From an uncultured SAR86 cluster bacterium (GTDB taxonomy: Bacteria; Pseudomonadota; Gammaproteobacteria; Magnimaribacterales; D2472): a stretch of DNA of 64,000 nt. A program made the translations under genes and the position numbers. Location: NCBI GenBank assembly GCA_902591665.1, contig CACJBO010000001.1, positions 82,116-146,115 of the forward strand, written 5' to 3'. The notes under the pieces were generated by a model that had not been told where the DNA came from, did no database searches, and saw nothing but the letters and a program-made list of their open reading frames with translations. Positions 38,663-47,006 of the stretch are shown one piece after another (the stretch's first letter is position 1; every line of letters starts with the position of its first letter).

Positions 38663-39456
38663 TTATAGAATTATCAGAATTTTTTAATAACCCTTCATTG
38701 ATCGAAATTGGTCCATTAAAAATACAATACTATGCTGTGACATGGCTGCTATCTGCAGTCTTTATATATCTTTTTTTGAAATCAAATCAAATAATGATTG
38801 AGCTTGGATTAAATCATGAAAAAATTAATGATCTGGTTTTTCTTTATGGTTTATTTATTGGAGCTATGTGTGGGGGAAGAATTGGGTACATGCTTTTCTA
38901 TGGAACAGAGCAACTAATTAATAATCCAATATCATTGTTTTATATATGGCAAGGAGGCTTGAGTTTTCATGGAGGCTTGGCTGGAGTGGTTATTAGTTTC
39001 ATGGTTTTTGCTAAAAAAAATAATCTAAGTTTTTTAAGGCTTATGGATGGTGCAGCTCTATCGATGCCGATTGGTCTTGGGCTTGTAAGAATTGGCAATT
39101 TTCTAAATGGTGAATTATATGGAAAAGAAACAAATGGTGAATGGGGTTTTGTTTTTCCCACAGATCCATTCGGACTCTTGCGACATCCCTCACAGTTATA
39201 TGAAAGTTTTGGAGAGGGCCTTGTATTGTTTTTTCTATTGTTCTGGATAAACAAGGTTACTAAAATTCGTGGAGTTGTTTGCTCAAGCTTTTTAATCTTT
39301 TACGGACTAATAAGATTTTCTATTGAGTTCTTCAGACAACCAGATTCTCATATCGGATACATCTTTTTGGACTCATTAAGTATGGGGCAGATTCTTTGTG
39401 TTCCTATGATAGTAATTGGATTTATAATGTTATTTTATTCAAGGAAAAATGCATGA
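38659..39456 (+). CDS. lgt: Phosphatidylglycerol--prolipoprotein diacylglyceryl transferase
   Basis: YG..I..G...GGR.GY, GGLSFHGGL and HPSQLYE motifs. Confidence 0.9.
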   Translation: MIIELSEFFNNPSLIEIGPLKIQYYAVTWLLSAVFIYLFLKSNQIMIELGLNHEKINDLVFLYGLFIGAMCGGRIGYMLFYGTEQLINNPISLFYIWQGGLSFHGGLAGVVISFMVFAKKNNLSFLRLMDGAALSMPIGLGLVRIGNFLNGELYGKETNGEWGFVFPTDPFGLLRHPSQLYESFGEGLVLFFLLFWINKVTKIRGVVCSSFLIFYGLIRFSIEFFRQPDSHIGYIFLDSLSMGQILCVPMIVIGFIMLFYSRKNA

Positions 39457-40316
39457 AGGCTTATTTAGATCTACTGCAATATATTTTAGAGAACGGTGAA
39501 AAAAGAGATGATAGAACCAATACAGGAACTATTTCCTCTTTCGGTCATCAGTTGTCATTTGATCTAGAAAAAGGTTTTCCTGCAGTAACAACCAAATCTC
39601 TTGCGTGGAAAGGTGTAGTATCAGAGTTGATATGGTTTTTAGAAGGATCGAGTGATGAAAGAAGACTTGCTGAAATCAGATTTGGCAAAAATAGAGAAGA
39701 GCTTACTGACTTAAATAAATATTCAACTATTTGGACAGACAATGCTGATAATCAGGGTAAAGATTTAGGATATGAAAATAATGAATTAAGAAAGGAGCTT
39801 GGACCAGTATATGGTGTGCAATGGAGAGATTGGGACGGCATTGATCAGATTAAAGATTTAATGAATAACCTCAAAAATAATCCTGATAGCAGAAGACATA
39901 TTTTATCAGCATGGAATGTTGGGAAAATTGATAAAATGGCGTTGCCTCCATGTCATGTAATGTCGCAATTTTATATCAGCAATGGAACTATCAGCTGTCA
40001 CATGTATCAAAGAAGTGCAGACATGTTTCTAGGTGTCCCATTTAATATCGCAAGTTACTCGCTTTTATTGAGTATATTCGCAGAAATATTAAATCTTAGG
40101 CCCAAAAAATTTATTCATTCATTTGGAGATGCACACATATATTTAAACTCTGTAGATCAAGTCAAAGAACAAATATCAAGGAAACCATTTGATGCACCAA
40201 AATTAATTATGCCAACACTTAATTCGCTCGAAGATCTATCATCCTGTTCTATAGATGACTTTAAACTCGAGGGTTATGAGCATCATCCTGCTATAAAAGC
40301 AAAAATGGCTGTATAA
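39453..40316 (+). CDS. thyA: Thymidylate synthase (ThyA, long form, 287 aa)
   Basis: MKAYLDLL..ILENG..RDDRTNTGT, LPPCH (catalytic Cys) and DAHIY motifs. The ATG overlaps the lgt stop (ATGA). The track start at 39396 is an over-extension. Confidence 0.9.
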   Translation: MKAYLDLLQYILENGEKRDDRTNTGTISSFGHQLSFDLEKGFPAVTTKSLAWKGVVSELIWFLEGSSDERRLAEIRFGKNREELTDLNKYSTIWTDNADNQGKDLGYENNELRKELGPVYGVQWRDWDGIDQIKDLMNNLKNNPDSRRHILSAWNVGKIDKMALPPCHVMSQFYISNGTISCHMYQRSADMFLGVPFNIASYSLLLSIFAEILNLRPKKFIHSFGDAHIYLNSVDQVKEQISRKPFDAPKLIMPTLNSLEDLSSCSIDDFKLEGYEHHPAIKAKMAV

Positions 40317-40318
40317 AA

Positions 40319-40825
40319 ATGAAAATTATTTCGCATCTCGTTGCCGTATCAAATGACCTTGTAATTGGAGTGGACAATGATTTGCCATGGAATTTAAAAG
40401 ATGACCTTGCCCATTTTAAAAAATATACACTCAATAAAACAATTATCATGGGAAGGAAGACATTTGAATCAATTGGGAGACCTCTTCCTAATAGAATAAA
40501 TTACGTAGTATCTAGGACAGTTAAAGAAATAGATGGCGCTCATGTATTTGATAATTTAGAAAATGCCATGCATGCTGCAGAAAAACATAATCACGAGATG
40601 GGTATAGTTAATGAGATAGTAATTATTGGTGGTGGTTATTTATTTAAAGAAACTTTACCTGTTATGAATAAACTAGTTATTACAAAAGTAGACTGCAATG
40701 TTTTAGGAGATATTTACTATCCAAAGGTTGAAATGGAAAACTGGAAACTAGTAAATTCCGAGTCATATATAAAAAACTCAGACAATGACTATGATTTTAA
40801 GATAGAAGAATACGAGAAGTTATGA
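40319..40825 (+). CDS. folA: Dihydrofolate reductase
   Basis: LPWNLKDDLAHFKKYT, IMGRKTFESIG and IGGG motifs. Confidence 0.85.
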   Translation: MKIISHLVAVSNDLVIGVDNDLPWNLKDDLAHFKKYTLNKTIIMGRKTFESIGRPLPNRINYVVSRTVKEIDGAHVFDNLENAMHAAEKHNHEMGIVNEIVIIGGGYLFKETLPVMNKLVITKVDCNVLGDIYYPKVEMENWKLVNSESYIKNSDNDYDFKIEEYEKL

Positions 40826-42262
40826 TTGACTTTGTATGTAGTCTCTTCTTAGAGCCAAATTCTTAACTCTAATTTCTTCATTTTCTGTATATTTAATCCA
40901 ATTATTTGCAGTGGTTTTAACTTTTTTATCTTTATCACGAGCAGCAGTCCTAAACTCCTTCTTTGCATCTTCAAATTTTTGCATCTCAAAATATGCTTGA
41001 CCAAGAGTTAAATGAACTTGAGATATCTTATCAATTTTGCCTTTCTTTAATCCTTTTTTTATAGAATCAACGGCTTTCTCTAATTTATCCTCTGCAAGAT
41101 ATAGATTTCCTAGCAATACGTATGATTTACCATCTTTTGATAATTTAGCAGCTTTCTCTAAAACTGGAATAGCTTTATCTATCTCTTGAGCCATTCTCCA
41201 AGAATCAGCTAGAAGTTTAAGATTTTTTTCATTATCTCTAATTACAGGTCCAGTTTTTTCTACTTTAACCTCTTCTCCTGTTGTCTTATCTTTTACTGTT
41301 TCTGTGTATGTAGTAATTTTCTTCTGTCCAGATACTAGCACTTGTGCAGCCCAATATGGATTCTGATTTAATAGTAACAATTGTGCTAAAGCCAGATATT
41401 CGGATTCTTTATCTAAGAAATCTTTTGCATGCGCAGCTTTAAGAGTAATCATATAATCTTTTTCTCTTCCAAGCTGGCCATAAGTTCCACCAAGTTGAAC
41501 AAAATATAACTTTTTAGGATATAAATTGACCAAGATTTCATATATGTCTAGTTGCTGAAGTAAAGCCTTTTTCTCTCCTATTTCTTTTTTTAGCTCACTA
41601 ATACATGCAGCAAGAAGAACATACCAGTTTTCTTTAGGCTTATATCCCTCTTCTTCTGCCATCGATACAGCAGTTTTCATTGAAGACATTGCTTTTCTAA
41701 AATTGCCTTGCTGATAATATGCCTGACCCAAGAGAGACCAAGATTGAGCCGTTACCGTTTCAACCTGATCCATCCATTGAAGAATTAACTCAATTCCTTT
41801 TGCATAGTTTTCTTGAACTAAATTTAATTGAGCTAAAGTAAAAAGTGCTGAATTTCTGATGGGTAGAGTTACTTCTGGTTCATTAATTACATTTTCATAA
41901 GCTTGTATGGCTTCTTTATATTTTCCATCGGAAAAATAAACATAACCCCAAGAATTCCACATAACAGAGCGATCATAGCTTTTAAGCTCGCTTTGATTGT
42001 TTCTTAATTCTGTAAGAATTTCTATAACTGTCTCCATATCTGGAGCAGGCTCGCCTTTATCATCTACCACTTCAAGAGCTTCATAAACTTTAGCCATTTT
42101 TTTTGCAGTTTTACTCTGCAATGCTCTTGCTTTTTTATATTTAGTTTGTGTTTTAGGTTTATCGGCAGATTGCGCTTCTAAATATGTCGAAGGGACAGAA
42201 AGTGTAAATGCTAATAAAGCAAATATATATATTATTTTTGATTTCTTATAAAAATTAATCAT
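40820..42262 (-). CDS. Secreted TPR-repeat protein, last gene of the TonB2-type cluster (TtpD-like)
   Basis: Signal peptide and multiple TPR-like repeats (..A...Y......P........L.. periodicity). Its start overlaps the tonB stop by 8 nt. Confidence 0.6.
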   Translation of the reverse strand: MINFYKKSKIIYIFALLAFTLSVPSTYLEAQSADKPKTQTKYKKARALQSKTAKKMAKVYEALEVVDDKGEPAPDMETVIEILTELRNNQSELKSYDRSVMWNSWGYVYFSDGKYKEAIQAYENVINEPEVTLPIRNSALFTLAQLNLVQENYAKGIELILQWMDQVETVTAQSWSLLGQAYYQQGNFRKAMSSMKTAVSMAEEEGYKPKENWYVLLAACISELKKEIGEKKALLQQLDIYEILVNLYPKKLYFVQLGGTYGQLGREKDYMITLKAAHAKDFLDKESEYLALAQLLLLNQNPYWAAQVLVSGQKKITTYTETVKDKTTGEEVKVEKTGPVIRDNEKNLKLLADSWRMAQEIDKAIPVLEKAAKLSKDGKSYVLLGNLYLAEDKLEKAVDSIKKGLKKGKIDKISQVHLTLGQAYFEMQKFEDAKKEFRTAARDKDKKVKTTANNWIKYTENEEIRVKNLALRRDYIQSQS

Positions 42263-42953
42263 CTTCTGCCATTATAAATGTAAATTTGTGAAAAACACCT
42301 TCAACAGGAGTTGCCTTTCCATCAACAATTTTAGGCTTGTACTTTAATTTAAGCGCAGCTCTTGTAGAGGCGCTATTAAACAAAGTACATGGTCTCATTT
42401 CTTCTGCAGGTCCTTCAGGATCACCACAATAACCTTCAAGAGGCTTTGCATCTTCAACCGAACCTGATTCTGTTATAGTAAATGAAACTATAGCATAGCC
42501 CTCCGTACCTCTTTCTTGAGCTCTTCTAGGATAAATAGGTTGAACTTTAAATAATGGTATATATTCACCGTCTCTAAAAAAAGATCCACCAGCCTTAAAA
42601 TTAGCTTTAGGTTTCGCAATTGAAACATCTATTCCTGTAAGAGGCTGAAGATCTAGATCTGGTTGAGCAATATCCTCAGGTTGTTCCTCTGGTTGTTCAG
42701 GCTTTTCAACCTCGGTCATAAAAGTATCGATTTGTCTTTCAGGCATTACAACGTCAGCAAGTTTTACTGATGTGTCCTCTTTCATACCACTATCTCCAAG
42801 AGAGATTAAGATAACCATTACAAAAAATAACGCTGTTGTTATAAGAACTGATAAACCAACACCAGCTACATATTTATTTGCATCAAATGCTTTATTGTAT
42901 AAAGCTTGGATAGGCTTTAATGCAGATTTTATAGCTGTTGTGACTTGATCCAT
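42255..42953 (-). CDS. tonB: Energy transducer TonB
   Basis: N-terminal TM anchor, Pro/Glu-rich spacer (EKPEQPEEQPEDIAQPD), and C-terminal TonB domain (YPRRAQERGTEGYAIVSFTI..G.V). Confidence 0.8.
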   Translation of the reverse strand: MDQVTTAIKSALKPIQALYNKAFDANKYVAGVGLSVLITTALFFVMVILISLGDSGMKEDTSVKLADVVMPERQIDTFMTEVEKPEQPEEQPEDIAQPDLDLQPLTGIDVSIAKPKANFKAGGSFFRDGEYIPLFKVQPIYPRRAQERGTEGYAIVSFTITESGSVEDAKPLEGYCGDPEGPAEEMRPCTLFNSASTRAALKLKYKPKIVDGKATPVEGVFHKFTFIMAEDD

Positions 42954-42959
42954 ATCAGA

Positions 42960-43370
42960 TTACTTTGGTTCAGATGCTAATGATATTGCACTCACTCCAG
43001 CCTCTCTAGCTCCATCCATGACCTGGATAATAGTATCCGCCATTGCTTTTTCATCAGCTTGGATAACAACTGAGCCTTGTGGATTATCTGCCAATAACTT
43101 TACAACGTTTGCTTTTACTTGACGCACATCAATCCTTCTGCCATCCATCCACACTTCTCCAGTAGGACCAACAGCAATCAAAATAGCAGCATTTTCTTGA
43201 GTTTCAGCTGTATCAGAATCTGGTCTATTAATTTCAAGTCCCGGCTCTTTTATGAAATTAGCAGTCACAATGAAGAATATAAGCATGATGAAAACCACAT
43301 CAAGCATAGGAGTTAAGTTAATTTCATCATTCTCTTCTTGAACTGCGCTTGTTATTGCATTTCTTCTCAT
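42960..43370 (-). CDS. exbD: Biopolymer transport protein ExbD/TolR
   Basis: INLTPMLDVVFIMLIFF signature TM with conserved Asp. Length is 136 aa. Confidence 0.85.
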   Translation of the reverse strand: MRRNAITSAVQEENDEINLTPMLDVVFIMLIFFIVTANFIKEPGLEINRPDSDTAETQENAAILIAVGPTGEVWMDGRRIDVRQVKANVVKLLADNPQGSVVIQADEKAMADTIIQVMDGAREAGVSAISLASEPK

Positions 43371-43382
43371 AATAACCCTCTT

Positions 43383-43916
43383 CTAATCTATTTCTCTTTT
43401 AATAATATCGTTTAGTTCAGACTCATGTCTCTTGCTAGTACTTGTTAAATAAATAGCTGCAAATGAACCAGATAAAGCTGTCACCATGCCTGCCATAGTC
43501 GGTAATGTTGCCTTAGAAACTCCACCTGCCATAGCTCTAGCATCACCGCCGCCATTAAATGCCATAACTTGGAATACCTCAATCATTCCAGTCACAGTTC
43601 CTAAAAGGCCCAATAAAGGAGCCAACACAATACATGTTTGAATGATGCTTATATTTTTATTTATTTCCATCTTAGCTTGAGACATCATCTTCTCTCTTAT
43701 TTGAAGAGCATACCAAGATTTCTTATCTTTTCTAGAATTCCATTTTTCAGCAAGACCAGCAACATATTCTTGATGTGCATGAGAAAGATACCATATTCTT
43801 TCAAAGATCATGCCCCACATAAAGAACACAAGAATTGCTATAAGCCAAAGCACATTTCCGCCTTGCTCCATAAAATCTCTTATGGATGACAAGGCTTCTG
43901 TGATTGCAAATAGCAT
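43383..43916 (-). CDS. exbB: MotA/TolQ/ExbB proton channel protein
   Basis: C-terminal APLLGLLGTVTGMI..F motif. 3 TM. Length is 177 aa. Confidence 0.85.
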   Translation of the reverse strand: MLFAITEALSSIRDFMEQGGNVLWLIAILVFFMWGMIFERIWYLSHAHQEYVAGLAEKWNSRKDKKSWYALQIREKMMSQAKMEINKNISIIQTCIVLAPLLGLLGTVTGMIEVFQVMAFNGGGDARAMAGGVSKATLPTMAGMVTALSGSFAAIYLTSTSKRHESELNDIIKREID

Positions 43917-43926
43917 TTACTATTAC

Positions 43927-45309
43927 CTACTTCTCAGCTTTTTCAGCAAGAATACCAGTGCTCTGCTCTTCAAGGATACTTATAATTCCTCTAGCAGAAG
44001 ACTGCGTAAAAGAATGAAGTAAACTTGTTGGAATAGCTACCAATAAACCTAATACAGTTGTAACAAGAGCTTGTGAAATACCACCAGCCATAAGCTTAGG
44101 ATCTCCTGTTCCATACAAAGTAATCATTTGGAATGTCACAATCATACCTGTAACAGTTCCTAAAAGACCTGCTAAAGGTGCAATGACTGAAATAATTTTT
44201 ATAAATCCAATACCTTGTTCAATTGCTGGTCTTTCTGCCATTATTGCTTCAGCAAGCTTTAACTCTAATGTATCAATATCTTTATCAAAGTTGTCTTTAC
44301 CAACTTTCAGGACTCTTCCTAGTGGATTTGCTGAATCAGCCGCATCTTGACCGGCCTGTTTTCTAACAGCAGTGCCAATCATGTACAGACTATATAATTT
44401 ATAGAATGCAAATAGAACAGCAATGATACCAACAGCGATAATTGCATAACCAACTTCCCTACCCTGTTGAGCTCTTTCCATTAAAGATGGAGTTTGTATT
44501 AGATTGGCTAGTAAGCTACCTCCAGTAGGGCCTGTTGGATCTACGCCAAACTTAACTTGGTCACCAGCTTCAGCATCACCTATTTTGCTCGCTGTTTTAG
44601 TATATCTACCTGCAGGCTGTCTAGGTAAAAAAGCATACTGTCCTTTTGAAGTTGCATATTCTAAGTATTTACCATCACAAACAGCATTAAATAAACCTAC
44701 TCTAGTAACATTACACTCAGAAGTTTCACCATCTACATCTATTACATCTGTTGTAAATGATACAACCTGACCACTAGCCACCATTTCTCTTTGAAGTTCA
44801 TACCAAAGTCCTTCAATCTCTCTAATAGTTGGAAGCTCAGTTGTCTCTGACATTTTGCCTGTTAATGCATTTAGGAACTTAACTCTATCTTGCCCGTATT
44901 CAGCACCGGTTAAGGAGCCTGAAAATTGAACAGCTGCTTCTCCAGCTGAACTTTGAAGATGTCCGAACAACTCAACAAGAGAACCTAATTCTTTTTGATA
45001 AGCCTCTTCTTTAACTCGAAGAATTCCTTCATTCTTCTTATATTCAGCTTCAAGGGTGTCTGCAATTTTTTCTTGTCTTGCTAACTCTCTTTTTTCAGCT
45101 GCTAAAATAGAGGCTTGCTTATTTTTATTTGCCATGAATTCAGCTTCTCTATTAGAGTTTGCTGCCTGCTCTTGCGTTTTACCTTCTTTAACTAATGCTA
45201 AAAGAGCTTCAACTGTAGAGACTTCAACTACTTCTTCTGAATTTTCTTGAGAAGAAATAAAGCCACTGAATAATAGAAGCAGTGCTGGAATTATATATAG
45301 TTTTTTCAT
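43927..45309 (-). CDS. Large MotA/TolQ/ExbB-family protein with an N-terminal periplasmic domain (TtpC-like)
   Basis: Signal peptide, a soluble region of about 270 aa, then an ExbB-type channel (APLAGLLGTVTGMI). Length is 460 aa. Confidence 0.75.
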   Translation of the reverse strand: MKKLYIIPALLLLFSGFISSQENSEEVVEVSTVEALLALVKEGKTQEQAANSNREAEFMANKNKQASILAAEKRELARQEKIADTLEAEYKKNEGILRVKEEAYQKELGSLVELFGHLQSSAGEAAVQFSGSLTGAEYGQDRVKFLNALTGKMSETTELPTIREIEGLWYELQREMVASGQVVSFTTDVIDVDGETSECNVTRVGLFNAVCDGKYLEYATSKGQYAFLPRQPAGRYTKTASKIGDAEAGDQVKFGVDPTGPTGGSLLANLIQTPSLMERAQQGREVGYAIIAVGIIAVLFAFYKLYSLYMIGTAVRKQAGQDAADSANPLGRVLKVGKDNFDKDIDTLELKLAEAIMAERPAIEQGIGFIKIISVIAPLAGLLGTVTGMIVTFQMITLYGTGDPKLMAGGISQALVTTVLGLLVAIPTSLLHSFTQSSARGIISILEEQSTGILAEKAEK

Positions 45310-46058
45310 TACACTTCTCCTTTAACAACTGGCATCATTAACATATCTGTAGGAGCTAATTTTTTAGCCATTCTAATACCATCTCTGATTGGTTTTCTGT
45401 ATGAACCAGGAAGTTCATCCCATGTTCCTGTAGTATTGTTCCATCTGCCGCTAGATTGCTCATCTTTAGTTTGATAGAACATGCCGATTCTTCCGATAAC
45501 TAAGATGTTAACAACAGTTCCGTCTTCAAGTGTACTTTCATAGGTATCAATTTTTCTACCGTATTCAGCCTCAATGTTATAGGCTTCTAATACCTGTCTA
45601 ACTTGTTCAGAAGCGGTAACTTTAGGTTTAGCTAAAGAAGATCTAACTAAGTCAATTCTGTTTTGTCTTTCTTCAATCCTGAAGGGAGTATCAAGAGAGA
45701 TAAAAGATTCTAAACTTTCAAGCATTCTTTGAGCCAAAGGAGGTATTTGTCTTTGCATAACAACAACCTGAACAAGTTGCTCGTCTAACTTATCCATTAA
45801 TTCCAATTGAGCAGCGATTTGAATTCTTTTTTGTTCGTTATAAAGCTTTAAACCTTCAACTTGCTTAGAAACAGCCTTGTATTCATTAATAATCTTATCT
45901 GTTTGTCTTTCTGTTGTATCGATTCTGTCTTGAGATTTTGCTGATAGCATTTGATTATCTCTTCCAACTTCGAGAACACTTTCCATATCAGAGGATGAAA
46001 GCATTCCAGAAATGGAGACGATTATGCACAGCTGCACTATATTAAATTTATTTTTCAT
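45309..46058 (-). CDS. DUF3450 periplasmic coiled-coil protein (TtpB-like)
   Basis: Signal peptide, coiled coil, and C-terminal ..YNIEAEYGRKIDTY..L..G..VNILVIGRIGMFYQT.D motif as I recall it for DUF3450. It is the first gene of the cluster. Confidence 0.65.
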   Translation of the reverse strand: MKNKFNIVQLCIIVSISGMLSSSDMESVLEVGRDNQMLSAKSQDRIDTTERQTDKIINEYKAVSKQVEGLKLYNEQKRIQIAAQLELMDKLDEQLVQVVVMQRQIPPLAQRMLESLESFISLDTPFRIEERQNRIDLVRSSLAKPKVTASEQVRQVLEAYNIEAEYGRKIDTYESTLEDGTVVNILVIGRIGMFYQTKDEQSSGRWNNTTGTWDELPGSYRKPIRDGIRMAKKLAPTDMLMMPVVKGEV

Positions 46059-46148
46059 AAATATCTCCCTAAAAGTTTCAACATATTAACAGTCATAGAC
46101 CAATAATTAAACTATTTTTTGTAAAGCATTTTTATCTAAATTCTTTTT

Positions 46149-47006
46149 TTAACCTTTAAAATTCAACCACAATACAGGTGTACTAGATTTATATTTTTTA
46201 TAATTTTCATCATGTCCCCATTTTATATCAGCCCTAGCTTCTAACATTCTTACCCCACTTACATATACAAGAAGAATATATGTAAATATTGGTGATATAA
46301 GAGTTAAGTATTGCCATCCCTCTAAAGATGAAAATGACATAACAGCAATGCCAGCCCAAAGAACTATTTCACCAAAATAATTTGGGTGTCTTGATTTGGC
46401 CCACAACCCTGTAGTAATAAATTTATCCCTATTTTCAGGAAAAGATCTAAATTTAGATTTCTGATTATCTGCAACAATTTCAGTACTAAAGCCAAGTAGA
46501 AATAAACCTAGCCCAAAATAGAACAATGCGTTAACAACTACTCCGCTATCTGATGAAATTGCTGTTAAAGCGCACATTGAACATAAAGAAACCCATAATC
46601 CTTGCAATGTCCATGTCATAAAAAATTGAGTTGCCGAAGGCTTTATGGTTCTAAATCTTTTATCTTCCCCATCTTTATGTATTCGCATAAACAAAAAACT
46701 GCCTAGTCTTAGGGCCCATAAAGAAATAAGCAAAACAATAACTGTATTTGCTAAATTGGCATTAGCAAAATCACCAGAAGCTAAAATCAATGCATACCAA
46801 GTTACAGATAGATAGGTAAGACTTCCTGTTAAATCATAAAATTTTTCTGTCTGGAAAACATATGCGGGAATATATGCCACCCACTGAATTAAGAATGCCA
46901 AAATTACCACTCTTAAAACATTCTCGATACCTGTTGCTGCTGCAATTGAAATCGCAATAAAAAATACAACCAATGATATTAATAAATTAATTAATGCTTT
47001 CATCAT
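46149..47006 (-). CDS. DUF1295 membrane protein (steroid 5-alpha-reductase / ICMT-like fold)
   Basis: Polytopic membrane protein with the C-terminal SRHPNYFGE motif. Its start overlaps the M2 peptidase stop by 4 nt. Confidence 0.7.
   Translation of the reverse strand: MMKALINLLISLVVFFIAISIAAATGIENVLRVVILAFLIQWVAYIPAYVFQTEKFYDLTGSLTYLSVTWYALILASGDFANANLANTVIVLLISLWALRLGSFLFMRIHKDGEDKRFRTIKPSATQFFMTWTLQGLWVSLCSMCALTAISSDSGVVVNALFYFGLGLFLLGFSTEIVADNQKSKFRSFPENRDKFITTGLWAKSRHPNYFGEIVLWAGIAVMSFSSLEGWQYLTLISPIFTYILLVYVSGVRMLEARADIKWGHDENYKKYKSSTPVLWLNFKG

Noticed and set aside
46059-46148. Looked for a Fur box or other operator upstream of the TonB2-type operon
   Set aside because: The best candidate (CAATAATTAAACTATTTT) matches the Fur consensus poorly and has no clear dyad symmetry. 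I do not call it.
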